Source of the DNA: an uncultured archaeon
GTDB lineage: Archaea; EX4484-52; JAADEF01
Assembly: GCA_964407715.1 (NCBI GenBank)
Contig: CAYOWP010000001.1
Span: 16,622 to 80,621, forward strand
Direction of reading: 5' to 3'
DNA length: 64,000 nucleotides
The notes below the pieces were generated by a model, which worked only from the letters and a program-made list of their open reading frames with translations, made no database searches and was not told the DNA's origin. Below are positions 40,820-51,538 of the stretch, one piece after another (positions within the stretch are counted from its first letter, which is position 1; the number at the start of each line of letters is the position of its first letter). The position numbers and the translations under genes are program-made.

Positions 40820-41164
40820 CTAACAAAACTCTGTTAGATCTATAAGATATATATCACCTTTCTTAATGATATTCGTTAAAGGTACAAAGTGAATTTTTGT
40901 ATTATATTTGATTGCGTACATTCCTTCTCCATTAAATGCCTTGCTCACGTTTTCTAAGTTTTTAACTTCTTCTTTTTTTAGATAGAGTTGTGGTTTTGAT
41001 GTTACTTTGCACTCCATTACCATTATTTTGCCATCTTTTCCAGCAATCAAATCAGGCTTCTTACTCCCTGCTGACCTTATAACATACCATCCTTCCTTTT
41101 CAAGCATCTCTTTAACCTTTCTCTCAAGCTTGTACCCTTTAAAGTATTTTTTTCTGAGAGGCAT
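40820..41164 (-). CDS. hjc: Holliday junction resolvase Hjc
   Basis: ERKVKEMLEKEGWYVIRSAGSKKPDLIAGKDGKIMVMECKVT closely follows the Hjc catalytic core (E...SAGSK..DL.A.....ECK). Confidence 0.75.
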   Translation of the reverse strand: MPLRKKYFKGYKLERKVKEMLEKEGWYVIRSAGSKKPDLIAGKDGKIMVMECKVTSKPQLYLKKEEVKNLENVSKAFNGEGMYAIKYNTKIHFVPLTNIIKKGDIYLIDLTEFC

Positions 41165-41285
41165 ATATAAGATATAGGATGATGAGGAATATATTATTAA
41201 GTGTTAGGTTTCACCGATAATACTTTAAAAAATGAAAATTTTTGTGTTTTTGCATTTTCATTTATTGGAAGCAAACTTCGAAAAT

Positions 41286-41474
41286 TTATCTCAACTTTTT
41301 TAAGGTAGCCGTTTGTAAGATACTGAAAATATCTTCTCCTTCTTTTAACTTTTTAAGTAAGTTTTGAAACAGTTGACCTTCAGGATAATTTGTCTTCTCT
41401 TGAAGCATGAGTGTTTGTTCCCCTTCGTTAATCTTTAACATGTGTTTAATCTCATTCGTCCTCAGCGGCTTCAA
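41286..41474 (-). CDS. small hypothetical protein (62 aa)
   Basis: Overlaps the upstream small ORF; no motif. Confidence 0.25.
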   Translation of the reverse strand: MKPLRTNEIKHMLKINEGEQTLMLQEKTNYPEGQLFQNLLKKLKEGEDIFSILQTATLKKLR

Positions 41475-41694
41475 GAATTAGTTTTAAGTATTTCATAATT
41501 ATAGCCTTACATTTATCATCTACTTTTGGTAATATTTGTAGTATTTGGCATATCCCATTACCTCCATCCCAATAAATTACATCACACTCTTTACCCTCTG
41601 CTATCCAAACTCTCTCCCCAAGATATGGAATTTTTCTATGAGGTGTCCTATTGCCAATAATTTCTGATAAAGTATTCACATCAACTTCTACCAT
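41452..41694 (-). CDS. small hypothetical protein (80 aa)
   Basis: 14-nt overlap with the upstream 324-aa gene. Confidence 0.3.
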   Translation of the reverse strand: MVEVDVNTLSEIIGNRTPHRKIPYLGERVWIAEGKECDVIYWDGGNGICQILQILPKVDDKCKAIIMKYLKLILEAAEDE

Positions 41695-42655
41695 TTTGCA
41701 TCACCTCAAGATTCAAAATATTAAATAAACCCTCAAAAGTATACTCTGATTCCTGCTCTATATTTTCAAATGAATATTTCATTACCATGATATTATCAGA
41801 GAAATTTATTCTTCGTGGAAAATCTTTTGCTACGAGTATTCCACCTTTACATTCATTTCCATATTCCTGTATATAATTTTGAAGTTGCTGAAAATCTTTT
41901 ATAGAAGCTTTTCCCTTTTTCACTTCTACTAGCAGATAAATATTACTTGTCTGTGGATGCTTTAACTTAATGAATATATCTACAAAACCTTCTGGAAGAG
42001 CTTTTTCCCCTAAAATCTCAAAATCATCTGGTTTGTTGTTGATATCAAAATAATCCAATATATCCTCTATTTTTTCACTAAGTTTTTTGCGAACTAGTGA
42101 TTGAAGAATTAACTCATGGAAACAGAATTTCTCTGGAATATTTTGCTTATCTTTTCTAAAGACAATTTTTGGAGTAAAAGTGTCCCTATTTAGATCTAAT
42201 GACTCGCATTTTCCAGTAAAAACAGAACCCATAGTGGATACATTATAAAGGGTAATGGTGTCAGCTTGAAAATGTGTTTTTCTGTATCCACCCCTTAACA
42301 ATAGATTTTCTGCAACATAAGCAAATTCAGGTCTAATCATAGGTTCATCTAAAGTCCTTTCCTGTTTTAAATATAATCTGAACGGAAAATAATAGGTTTT
42401 TCCTGACATTCTAAAAGTTACCGGTGGCCAAGGTGGAAGATTTTCAGCATCCTTGTAAGCTACCTTTTTAATGACCTTGTATAGGTTTCTCACTCTTGCT
42501 CCATAGAGAAAGGAGATATAATCTCCTTCTTCTATATCAAAATATGTCCATAGTCCATTTATACTGTTAGTAAATCCTGCAAGCGCGTATTTTATACATA
42601 ATTCAAGATTTTTACGATTTGAAACAGATATGAGGAAATAATTTGGTGTTTTCAC
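41681..42655 (-). CDS. PD-(D/E)xK nuclease-like protein with a distinct N-terminal domain
   Basis: C-terminal VDIFIKL...LLVEVKKG (D-x14-E-V-K). The N-terminal 120 aa have a hydrophobic pattern loosely like PUA-type (EVE/ASCH) folds. Confidence 0.45.
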   Translation of the reverse strand: MKTPNYFLISVSNRKNLELCIKYALAGFTNSINGLWTYFDIEEGDYISFLYGARVRNLYKVIKKVAYKDAENLPPWPPVTFRMSGKTYYFPFRLYLKQERTLDEPMIRPEFAYVAENLLLRGGYRKTHFQADTITLYNVSTMGSVFTGKCESLDLNRDTFTPKIVFRKDKQNIPEKFCFHELILQSLVRKKLSEKIEDILDYFDINNKPDDFEILGEKALPEGFVDIFIKLKHPQTSNIYLLVEVKKGKASIKDFQQLQNYIQEYGNECKGGILVAKDFPRRINFSDNIMVMKYSFENIEQESEYTFEGLFNILNLEVMQNGRS

Positions 42656-42657
42656 AT

Positions 42658-43101
42658 TTATCCCCCTACTCTCAAAATTTTCTTTAGAATATTCTCTAAC
42701 CTATCCAAAGTTAGCATTACAGCATCTATGTTTATATCAATACCAATTGCATTTCTAAAAAGTAATTTTGCTTCGATCAAAGTCGTTCCAGATCCTACAA
42801 ATGGATCTAAAATTATATCTCCTTCATTTGAATACCTTAATATCAAATTCCTTGCAACTTGAGGTGCCCAATTTCCCCGATATTTTGCATTGAGATAATG
42901 TGTAGCCCAATCACCACGCCTGGGAAAGCTCCAAACATTAGTTGCTTCCAACTCGAATTTTTCAGGTTGTAATGTTTTTATTTTCCAATTTTTACCTATT
43001 TCAAGTTTTGTATCTTCTATTACCACGAATTTATGTTCTTTGATGAATTTAAGATACTCTTCATAGGTTACCTCTTTCATGGAAAGGCATTTTTTAGTCA
43101 T
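42658..43101 (-). CDS. DNA methyltransferase-like fragment (AdoMet-binding C-terminal half only)
   Basis: [15 protein letters not shown] (motif I) and upstream VWSFP..H block of beta-class N4/N6 MTases. No (D/N/S)PP(Y/F) catalytic motif in the ORF or in the 250 nt upstream. Confidence 0.5.
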   Translation of the reverse strand: MTKKCLSMKEVTYEEYLKFIKEHKFVVIEDTKLEIGKNWKIKTLQPEKFELEATNVWSFPRRGDWATHYLNAKYRGNWAPQVARNLILRYSNEGDIILDPFVGSGTTLIEAKLLFRNAIGIDINIDAVMLTLDRLENILKKILRVGG

Positions 43102-43350
43102 CTTACTTCCTCCAACTGTATTTCTTTTACCTTTTTATTCATCCCTGATCTCAAACTTTTCATGCAAACATTTTATTTTCGCTTTTAGTAATCCCCATAA
43201 GAATAGTATGATAAGTTTTAATAAAATCATTTATTTAAAATTTTAAATTTTTTACTTTATAATCTTGTGAAAAATGACATTATAAAAAAGTACACATAAT
43301 ATCTAACTGAAATGATGCTTAACTGAAGATACTCTTTTTATATTGTTAAT

Positions 43351-43893
43351 TCAAGTACCATTCCCCTCAACAACCTTAATGCAATACTCTCCTTTCGGTA
43401 ATTTCATCATGGCTCTTCTCAGAGCTTCCTTTGCTATCTCTACTTTGTCATTGTCAACTCTAATGAAATAAATTCCTTGACCTTTTGCAACTCTTGCTGC
43501 TCTTGCTTTAGGCTTACCAAATGGATGGCTCATACCTTGATAAAATCTATCAGCCTGTGCAACAGCAGCCTGGGCATGTTCCCTCAATACATGATGAGGA
43601 TAAACCTTAACCTTTAAAAAGAAGCTTTTATCATCCATCTTCTTTTTGAGATAATTCACAGCAGCCACTCTTCCTGCCTCTAATGCATTATGCCTTATCT
43701 GCACATTTTTCTTTGCTATTAAATATAATGTCTTATCAAACTCTTTTTCTTTATTTCCTATCTCAAATACTACTAATTTCATTCCAGGAACTCCCTTTAT
43801 ATATGCCTTTCTTGGAACCCTTACCGCGGTTCTTGTATAGGGTCTTTTCCATTTTCTATACACACGTGCAGGTCTTAAACCCATAACCATCAC
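43351..43893 (-). CDS. rpl10e: 50S ribosomal protein L10e (uL16)
   Basis: LRPARVYRKWKRPYTRT...KGVPG N-terminus. Confidence 0.75.
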   Translation of the reverse strand: MMVMGLRPARVYRKWKRPYTRTAVRVPRKAYIKGVPGMKLVVFEIGNKEKEFDKTLYLIAKKNVQIRHNALEAGRVAAVNYLKKKMDDKSFFLKVKVYPHHVLREHAQAAVAQADRFYQGMSHPFGKPKARAARVAKGQGIYFIRVDNDKVEIAKEALRRAMMKLPKGEYCIKVVEGNGT

Positions 43894-43930
43894 CTATAAA
43901 AGAGATTATATTGATAGATTTTAAAAAGTT

Positions 43931-44923
43931 TCAAATATCAAAGGCATCTTCAATCCTCCATCTACTTTTTATTTTTGCTTTATAAGGATCCCCTTTAAAG
44001 CCATGTTTGTAGTAATGATATCCTGCTATCGCGATCATGGCACCGTTATCACCAAGATACTCATCTTGAAGTTTGTACCACTTTGCACCTCTTTCTTTTG
44101 CCATGATCCTTATCATTTCCTGTAATCTGCTATTCATTCCAACCCCACCAACCACACATACCTCATCCTTTTTTGCATATGCCAATGCTCTTTCCACTGT
44201 TTCTGTGAGCATCGCAAAAGCATGTTCTTGAAATGAATATGCTATATCTTCTTTCTTATGTCCTTTTTTTAACATATTTATAGCATATGTTAATATTCCT
44301 GAAAATGCCACATCCATTCCCTTAACTGTATATGGCATGCGAATATAATTTCCTTGTTTTGCTAAATTCTCTATTATTTTTCCACCAGGAAAACCATATC
44401 CTATCTCCCTTGCTAATTTATCTATTGCATTCCCTATAGCAATGTCCTCTGTTTCTCCATAAACAATAAATCTTGTGTTATTCTCTAAGGATATTATTTG
44501 TGTATTTCCTCCAGATACATAAAGATAGATAGCATCATTTATGTTGCAAAGATATTTTGCTATTAATATGTGTGCTGCTCCATGGTGCACGGGTATCACA
44601 GGCAAATTATATTTTTTACCTATTGCCTTTGAAAAGATTGATGCTATTTGCAAACCACTCCCAAATCCTGGGCCATGAGAGTATGAGAGCATATCAATAT
44701 CCTTTATTGATATGCCTGCTTTTTTCAAAGCTAACAGCGTTAAAGGTTTGATTTTACTTGCATGGTGCTCAGCTATTTGAGTTGGTATGAGCCCAGTTTG
44801 AGATGTTTTAACCACATCCTTCTCATTAGATAATATATTTACCTTTTTTTTCTTTATTTCTACTATTCCAACACCTATTGTATGGGCCGTGCTCTCTATA
44901 CCAAGAATTCTCATATTTTTCAT
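43931..44923 (-). CDS. kae1: tRNA N6-adenosine threonylcarbamoyltransferase Kae1 (standalone)
   Basis: MRILGIESTAHTIGVGIV, HHGAAH and DNGAMIA motifs. Confidence 0.8.
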   Translation of the reverse strand: MKNMRILGIESTAHTIGVGIVEIKKKKVNILSNEKDVVKTSQTGLIPTQIAEHHASKIKPLTLLALKKAGISIKDIDMLSYSHGPGFGSGLQIASIFSKAIGKKYNLPVIPVHHGAAHILIAKYLCNINDAIYLYVSGGNTQIISLENNTRFIVYGETEDIAIGNAIDKLAREIGYGFPGGKIIENLAKQGNYIRMPYTVKGMDVAFSGILTYAINMLKKGHKKEDIAYSFQEHAFAMLTETVERALAYAKKDEVCVVGGVGMNSRLQEMIRIMAKERGAKWYKLQDEYLGDNGAMIAIAGYHYYKHGFKGDPYKAKIKSRWRIEDAFDI

Positions 44924-44971
44924 TATATTGTAGAAATAATTTTTTAAAACTATAATGATGTACCTTCTTTT

Positions 44972-45577
44972 ATGAAAGTGCTCTTTAGTTCTGATTTACA
45001 TCTACGCAAGGAATTGGCAGAAGAGACTATTAAAATAGCATTAAGAGAGGATGTAGAGGTAGTGGTTAATACAGGTGATTTTTTGTCATCTGATTTCGCA
45101 AATTATTTTGCTAAGTTAATTCATGATAGCGGAATGATTGGCTATTTTGTAGAAGGCAATTGGGATAATAACATTGAGATAAAGTTTGATAGCGTAAAAG
45201 TATTAAGATATACTTGTGAGAAATACAAAAGGTTCTATTTCTTTGGAGTTTATGAAAAAGTATTGTTATCTTATGAGGATTTGCTTGAGATTACTAAGCA
45301 TATTAACAATAACAAACTAATCTTTCTAACCCATGAGCCACCATATGGTATTTTGGATATCATATGGAGTGGTAAGAGCATAGGTAACGAGATATATCTG
45401 AAATTTGATATCATAAAACAACCAAAGATACATGCATTTGGTCATGTGCATGAAGGGAATGGATATCTTAAAAAGGAAAATACGCTTTTTATAAATGCTG
45501 CCATGAATGATATTCCTTTTTGTTATGTTGTTGATTTAAAAAATGATGAGATAAAAAGGATAAAGGCAAAGCATTGA
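44972..45577 (+). CDS. metallophosphoesterase (calcineurin-like)
   Basis: SDLHL, GDF, GNWD and FGHVHEG motifs. Confidence 0.6.
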   Translation: MKVLFSSDLHLRKELAEETIKIALREDVEVVVNTGDFLSSDFANYFAKLIHDSGMIGYFVEGNWDNNIEIKFDSVKVLRYTCEKYKRFYFFGVYEKVLLSYEDLLEITKHINNNKLIFLTHEPPYGILDIIWSGKSIGNEIYLKFDIIKQPKIHAFGHVHEGNGYLKKENTLFINAAMNDIPFCYVVDLKNDEIKRIKAKH

Positions 45578-45592
45578 GATAAAACTTTCATT

Positions 45593-46216
45593 TTAGATTC
45601 TATAAATATGCACATACATGATATCTTTTATCTTTTTTACATTCTCTTTGTTAATTTTGCCAGATGATATGAGATCTTTAACAATATTGTTACCCACAAT
45701 GTTTGCAGTATAGCAACTCTCAATAGCTTTTATTACTTCTCTAAATGTGCTTTCTTTTCCTTTATAAAAAGGAGAGGTTAAATCCAATACTTTGTTTTCT
45801 TCTTCATAATATTTTCCTAAGATTTCTTTATCCACCACTCCTACAATATCTCCCTTATGGGATTCGTGAACCGCTAAAATATATTTTTTGTTTAATGATT
45901 TCTTTAAGACATTCAAGCATAGTGTTGCACATCCCATGGAAGAAGGAGAAATCTCTGTTCCAATAAGCTTTTTTATTGTTTCTTCATCAATCTTTTTTAT
46001 TTCCTCTAAGGATTTTCCTTTTATATAATCAATCAATAAAGAAGCGCTTACCTGACTTATTACACATCCTTTTCCATCAAAACATGCATCCACAACAGTA
46101 TCATTATGCACATCCAAAAATATCTCAACCTCATCCCCACACAGATTGTTAGTATCTTTTGCGTGATAATCCCATATTTCTTTTCGTCTTTTATTTTTCT
46201 TTATTAACTCTTCCAT
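45593..46216 (-). CDS. IscU/NifU-like Fe-S scaffold domain protein with a C-terminal extension
   Basis: LCGDEVEIFL, DGKGCVISQVSASLL and SMGCATL three-Cys pattern. Confidence 0.55.
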   Translation of the reverse strand: MEELIKKNKRRKEIWDYHAKDTNNLCGDEVEIFLDVHNDTVVDACFDGKGCVISQVSASLLIDYIKGKSLEEIKKIDEETIKKLIGTEISPSSMGCATLCLNVLKKSLNKKYILAVHESHKGDIVGVVDKEILGKYYEEENKVLDLTSPFYKGKESTFREVIKAIESCYTANIVGNNIVKDLISSGKINKENVKKIKDIMYVHIYRI

Positions 46217-46314
46217 TTAAACACCTCTGATATTTATCTTGGAAGTACTATTTTCAAAAATTTTTTAAAATCAAAAATTTTTAATTTTTATTAAAAACTA
46301 AAAAGGGAATCTAT

Positions 46315-46818
46315 ATGGAGGAAAAAGAATTAGGTTTAAAAGTTTTATCCTTATTAGAAAAAATTGCTAAGCAATGGGGCTTAGGAAAACCTGTTGGTAG
46401 GGTATGGGGTTTTTTGGTATTTGAATCAAAACCTGTAACTCAAAAGAGAATAGAGGAATGTGTAGGATATAGTAGAGGTTTGGTTAGTATATGCTTGAAG
46501 AAGTTGAGAGAAGTAGGGCTAATCAATGTAAAAAAAGAAGGTAAGGAAATGCTATATGAAGCAAATACATCTTTAATTGATGGATTTGAAAAGGTAGTGA
46601 TGTATTTTCTTGAAAATGAGATTAAACCTTTAATTAAGTATCTCTCTGATAACATAGATAAGATAAAAGATCCTGCATTAAAATCCAGAGCAAGTAATGC
46701 GATTCAGGAGTATGAAAAATTAAAGATAGGAATCATGATTTTCTCGCGTAAAATGAAAAAGGTTTCTTCGTTTAGTGTTGAAACCTTAAAAGACATAGCC
46801 AAACTTCATGATCAATAA
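46315..46818 (+). CDS. winged-helix transcriptional regulator
   Basis: KRIEECVGYSRGLVSICLKKLREVGLI wHTH. Confidence 0.45.
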   Translation: MEEKELGLKVLSLLEKIAKQWGLGKPVGRVWGFLVFESKPVTQKRIEECVGYSRGLVSICLKKLREVGLINVKKEGKEMLYEANTSLIDGFEKVVMYFLENEIKPLIKYLSDNIDKIKDPALKSRASNAIQEYEKLKIGIMIFSRKMKKVSSFSVETLKDIAKLHDQ

Positions 46819-46824
46819 AAGGAG

Positions 46825-48003
46825 GTGTTAAGGATGAGGGAAAGTAAAGAAATGTTGCTCAAGGGAATGGTGGTGCTAATAATAGCAGTGGCATTTTTTG
46901 GGTGTCTTTCCATGCATACAGCATATGCTGATACTGAAGATTATGGAGATGCTGATATAATTGTCGAGGACATATATCCTAATATCATATATCCTGGAGA
47001 TATGTTTGATATCTATTTTAGGATCATCAATGAGGGCACGGATGACATTACTTTAAAAGATGTGAACATTACTCTTCCTGCAGGATTTGAGGTAATCTCC
47101 AAGGATCCGCTGGATGTTTCAAGGGTTTTGTGTGGTAAATGTTCATTACAAATGCATTACTCTCTTAAGACCTTGCCTTCAATAGATGTTGGCAAGCATA
47201 CCATTGAATTTAATATCATCACAAAGGATTATACTTTAAAGAAGGAATATCTCATTGAGATACAAGGCGATGAAGACATTTTTGTGAGTGTGTTATCTGC
47301 AAAAGGAAAAATTAATGGAGATGGAGAGATAGAGTTGGTTTTGTCTAACATAGGAGATGTTGATTTAAAGGATATTAAAGTTTATATTAATGATGCGAAC
47401 ATCAAAATAAAGAACGCATCCTTCATTTATATACCTTTACTTAAAAAAGGTGAAGAAAAAAGAATCGTTATACCTGTTACTTTAACAAAAGACGTTAAAG
47501 AAGGAAAATATCATTTAAATATGAACATTACATATAAAGGAAGAAAACTTAATACCAACATATATTCCATATCTTTTAATGTTTTGCCGAATGTTGAGCT
47601 GTATGTCTCTTCTATTTCTTTGGTGGAGAGACCAATCATAGGAAAAAGTACAGATTTGGTTATTAGGGTAGAGAATACTGGATATGGAAAGGCAAAGAAC
47701 ATAAGAATTTTGCTTGAAGGAGATGTAGAAATGGTGCAAAATGAATATTACTTAGGGGAACTTGAAAGTGAAGAGGATTCTTCGGCTGTGTTTACTATTA
47801 CACCTTTAAAGAGAAAATCTACACTCACTTATAAGATAGTGTATAAGGAAGGTGATGAAGAGAAATCATTTGAGGGCACATTTACATTTAATTCTTTTAT
47901 AGAGAGCCGTACCATATTTTGGATTGTTATAGGAATAGCTTTAGTGATTGTGCTATTGATTGTCTATAAGATATATAAACATAAAAAAGAGGAAAAGGAA
48001 TAA
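46825..48003 (+). CDS. secreted CARDB/S-layer-like domain protein (COG1361-like) with a C-terminal TM anchor
   Basis: Signal peptide, beta-rich repeats, C-terminal TM; directly upstream of the ABC permease and ATPase. Confidence 0.5.
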   Translation: MLRMRESKEMLLKGMVVLIIAVAFFGCLSMHTAYADTEDYGDADIIVEDIYPNIIYPGDMFDIYFRIINEGTDDITLKDVNITLPAGFEVISKDPLDVSRVLCGKCSLQMHYSLKTLPSIDVGKHTIEFNIITKDYTLKKEYLIEIQGDEDIFVSVLSAKGKINGDGEIELVLSNIGDVDLKDIKVYINDANIKIKNASFIYIPLLKKGEEKRIVIPVTLTKDVKEGKYHLNMNITYKGRKLNTNIYSISFNVLPNVELYVSSISLVERPIIGKSTDLVIRVENTGYGKAKNIRILLEGDVEMVQNEYYLGELESEEDSSAVFTITPLKRKSTLTYKIVYKEGDEEKSFEGTFTFNSFIESRTIFWIVIGIALVIVLLIVYKIYKHKKEEKE

Positions 48004-48026
48004 CAAATCTTTGAAAAGATAAGAGG

Positions 48027-49253
48027 ATGAAGAGCATGGCATATAAATATAGAAAGGATTTAAGAGTTGCTGCATTTTTAGCATATAAAAGTTTATTATT
48101 CAACAAAAAAAGTTTGTTTTTAATTTCATGTATAATAGGGCTAACATATTTGAGCGGTATATTTATTGGTGGTGTGATATATGGTATGAAGTTACGTGTA
48201 GAAAGAGAAGCAATAGATACTACATTAGGGAATATTATGCTTTTACCAAAGGAAAAAGAGGAATACATATATGATGTTGATGAAATATTGAAGAAGCTAA
48301 CAGGAATTCCGGGGATTATTGCTGTCTCTCCAAGATTTATAATGCCTGCAACATTAATGGATAAGGATGGAAAAACAACAACAGTATTTCTAACAGTGGT
48401 AGAGCCTGAAAAGGAAAGGAAGGTTAATTACGCGTTTGATAACATTATTGAAGGAAAGTGCCTCTCTAAAGGAACACAAGATGGCATAATGATAGGAGGA
48501 GTAGTAACAAAGAAATATGGTATTTTTGAATCTGTTGAGAAGATAGATGTTTCTGCTGGGGATAAAGTTAAGGTAATTACTCCTTTTGGTGAGAGAGAAA
48601 TGAAAATCTTGGGTATTTTTAAAGCAGATTTGATGGATGTAGAGCTATATACCTATGTTAATAAGGAGCAAGTAAGAAGAGTATTTAATTTAAATCCTGA
48701 AGACTTAAATGTTGCTACGCAAATAGTAATCAAGACAGGAAAAAATGTAGATGAGAAGAAAATGGTAAAGATTCTTAAGCAATTAGGGATAGATGCTAGG
48801 ATACATACATGGAAAGAAGAATTGGGTATATTGGATCAGTTTACAGGTAGTTTGATGATCATGAATAAAATAGCAATAATTGTTAGTATTATTGTTGCTT
48901 TTGGAACAATATATATTATAATGTATATCAATGCATTACAAAAGAGATCACAACTAGGTATTCTAAAAGCTGTGGGAATAAAGAGCAATGTTATTATTCT
49001 TTCATATACACTTCAAGCATTTATATATGGGTTGTGCGGTATATTAGCAGGGCTTATATTGATAAAGTTGGCAGTTAAATACTTCACTTTCTATCCTATT
49101 CATACTCCAATTGGAGGAGTAACTCCAGTAATCCAAATGGATGTTATGTGTTTTAATGCCTTATTTATATTACTTTCCAGTATATTTGCTGGATATTTTG
49201 CCTCGAGAGGTATTGTTCATGAGAGAATACTTGATATGATATTCAAAGGATGA
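48027..49253 (+). CDS. ABC transporter permease (FtsX/MacB-like)
   Basis: N-terminal TM, large extracytoplasmic domain, three C-terminal TM helices. Confidence 0.65.
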   Translation: MKSMAYKYRKDLRVAAFLAYKSLLFNKKSLFLISCIIGLTYLSGIFIGGVIYGMKLRVEREAIDTTLGNIMLLPKEKEEYIYDVDEILKKLTGIPGIIAVSPRFIMPATLMDKDGKTTTVFLTVVEPEKERKVNYAFDNIIEGKCLSKGTQDGIMIGGVVTKKYGIFESVEKIDVSAGDKVKVITPFGEREMKILGIFKADLMDVELYTYVNKEQVRRVFNLNPEDLNVATQIVIKTGKNVDEKKMVKILKQLGIDARIHTWKEELGILDQFTGSLMIMNKIAIIVSIIVAFGTIYIIMYINALQKRSQLGILKAVGIKSNVIILSYTLQAFIYGLCGILAGLILIKLAVKYFTFYPIHTPIGGVTPVIQMDVMCFNALFILLSSIFAGYFASRGIVHERILDMIFKG

Positions 49254-49972
49254 TGATTATGCAAAAAGGGAAAACTAAGGAAAATGTTATTGTTAAGGTA
49301 CGTAATTTAAAAAGATATTATGGTAAAGGTAGCGCCTTAACTAAGGCCTTGGATGGAGTTGATTTTGAGATTTATAAAGGAGAGTTTTTAGGGATCATGG
49401 GCCCTAGTGGTTCTGGCAAATCTACTCTTTTACATTTATTAGGCTTATTGGATAAGCCTACGGATGGAGAGATTTATTTTTTAGGAGAGAGAATTGATAC
49501 ATTACCTGAGCATAAAAAAACAAGATTTAGGTTGGAAAAGATTGGTTATGTTTTTCAACAATACCGATTGATACCAGAGTTAAGGGCATATGAGAATGTT
49601 ATGCTTCCTTTTGTTATGCGAACAGGAGATTTTATAAAAGCCAAGAAATGCGCGATAGAGATATTAAAGAAAGTAGGTATTGGATATGTGTGGGATCACT
49701 ATCCATTTGAGCTTTCAGGTGGTGAACAGCAAAGGGTTGCTATAGCAAGGGCATTGGTTAATGATCCTGTTATTATATATGCGGATGAACCTACAGCAAG
49801 TCTTGATACGAATTCTGGTGAAATAATAATGAATCTTTTTATGGAAATAAATAAGAAGTATAATCATACTGTAGTGGTTGTAAGTCATGAGCCAGAGCAC
49901 AAACGATATTTTGATAGAATCATCTACATTAGAAATGGTAAAATAGAGAGGATTGAGAGGAGAAAAGGATAG
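49250..49972 (+). CDS. ABC transporter ATP-binding protein
   Basis: GPSGSGKST Walker A, LSGGEQQRVAIARAL signature, IIYADEPT Walker B. Confidence 0.85.
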   Translation: MMIMQKGKTKENVIVKVRNLKRYYGKGSALTKALDGVDFEIYKGEFLGIMGPSGSGKSTLLHLLGLLDKPTDGEIYFLGERIDTLPEHKKTRFRLEKIGYVFQQYRLIPELRAYENVMLPFVMRTGDFIKAKKCAIEILKKVGIGYVWDHYPFELSGGEQQRVAIARALVNDPVIIYADEPTASLDTNSGEIIMNLFMEINKKYNHTVVVVSHEPEHKRYFDRIIYIRNGKIERIERRKG

Positions 49973-50021
49973 CCACTTCTTTTCACGAATCTATTAAAAA
50001 TTATCTTATTAAACTAATATT

Positions 50022-50462
50022 ATGGTGCGAATTTTGATTTTTGGAGATAGTATAGCATATGGAGCTTGTGATAAAGAGGGAGGATGGGTTCAAAGGTTAA
50101 GAAAATTTTTTGATGAAAATTATGAAGATTATCTAATTTATAATTTAAGTATTTCTGGCGATACTACAGAGGAGTTAATTAAAAGATTTGAATTTGAAGC
50201 AAAACAACGATTAAAGGAAAAAGATGAAACAATTATAATTTTTGCTATTGGGATAAATGATTCTCAGTTTGTTCATAGTAAAAATAAAAATAGAATAGCA
50301 TTGGAAAAATTCAAAGAAAATCTTCGAAAATTAATTCAACTTGCTAAGAAATTTTCCTCAAAAATTATTTTTGTTGGTTTGACTCCTGTTGATGAAACAA
50401 AAACAACACCAATCATTTGGGATATAAATAAATTATACAAAAATGAATACATTCAAAAATAA
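50022..50462 (+). CDS. SGNH/GDSL hydrolase
   Basis: ILIFGDSIAYGA block I, GINDS block III. Confidence 0.6.
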   Translation: MVRILIFGDSIAYGACDKEGGWVQRLRKFFDENYEDYLIYNLSISGDTTEELIKRFEFEAKQRLKEKDETIIIFAIGINDSQFVHSKNKNRIALEKFKENLRKLIQLAKKFSSKIIFVGLTPVDETKTTPIIWDINKLYKNEYIQK

Positions 50463-50532
50463 ATTCAGAAGGGCATCAGAAAATTTTTGAAATTGTAAAG
50501 GATTTCATGGTTGAAAGATTACTTTCTTCATA

Positions 50533-50615
50533 ATCGCTATGAAGTGTTAAACCGCTATAAGTGCTATTTGCGTGTTATGTTTCCGCTTAACAATAGAGAA
50601 TTATTGGACAATGCC
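50533..50615. repeat. Solo module 2 terminal repeat, locus K
   Basis: ccgctataagtgctatttgcgtgttatgtttccgcttaacaatagagaattattggacaatgcc. Confidence 0.8.
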
Positions 50616-50671
50616 TTTTTGAACCTTTATCTAAAAAAGTTATAAATATTTTCATTAATAAAATTATTTTT

Positions 50672-51526
50672 ATGCCTAAGAAAATTGCATTTAAAAAGGT
50701 GAGATTTGGGACTGCAGGTATACCTTTGAGTACAGAAAATCCCTCTACTGAGAGAGGAATTGAAAAGGTAAGAGAATTGAATCTTGATGCCATGGAGTTA
50801 GAGTTTGTGAGAGGCATAAATGTTACAATAGAGAAAGCGAAAATTATAAAGAAGATAGCAGAGGAAAATGATGTAGTTCTTACAGCACATGGTCCATACT
50901 ATATTAACCTTAATGCAAGCGAGGAAAAGAAGTGGTATGCTAGTATTGAGAGAATAATCAACTCTGCAAAAATTCTGCATTATGCTGGTGGATACAGTGT
51001 GGTATTTCATCCAGCATATTATATGAAAAGCACAAAGGAAGAAGCTTATAAAAAGGTTAGGGATGCATTAAATATTGTGGTTGAAACCATAAAAAAAGAG
51101 AGATATGATGTTTGGATTAGACCAGAAACAATGGGAAAGCCAACACAATTTGGTGATCTTGATGAACTAATTTCTTTAAGTAAAGAACTTGAAGGTTATG
51201 TTTTACCAGTAATAGATTTTGCTCATTTGCATGCAAGATACAATGGATTTTTCAAGAGTTATGAGGATTTTGCTAAGATATTTGAGAGATTGGAAAATGA
51301 GTTGGGAAAATATGCATTAAAAAATATGCACATCCATATTTCTGGTATTGAATACAATGAGAAAGGAGAAAAAAGACATCTAAATCTCAAAGAAAGTGAT
51401 TTGTTGTATAAGGCATTTGTGGAGGCTTTGATTAATTATGATGTTAGAGGAGTTGTGATAAGCGAATCTCCAAACATAGAGGGAGATGCTTTGTTACTTA
51501 AAAAGGAATATGAATCATTACTTTAA
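50672..51526 (+). CDS. xylose-isomerase-like TIM barrel protein (endonuclease IV / AP endonuclease family 2-like)
   Basis: RFGTAGIP N-terminus and His/Glu-rich metal-site pattern. Confidence 0.5.
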   Translation: MPKKIAFKKVRFGTAGIPLSTENPSTERGIEKVRELNLDAMELEFVRGINVTIEKAKIIKKIAEENDVVLTAHGPYYINLNASEEKKWYASIERIINSAKILHYAGGYSVVFHPAYYMKSTKEEAYKKVRDALNIVVETIKKERYDVWIRPETMGKPTQFGDLDELISLSKELEGYVLPVIDFAHLHARYNGFFKSYEDFAKIFERLENELGKYALKNMHIHISGIEYNEKGEKRHLNLKESDLLYKAFVEALINYDVRGVVISESPNIEGDALLLKKEYESLL

Positions 51527-51538
51527 GGGTTTGATATC

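Noticed and set aside
41165-41285. AT-rich hairpin aaatgaaaat...attttcattt upstream of the small ORFs
   Set aside because: It has low complexity in an AT-rich genome and could arise by chance.
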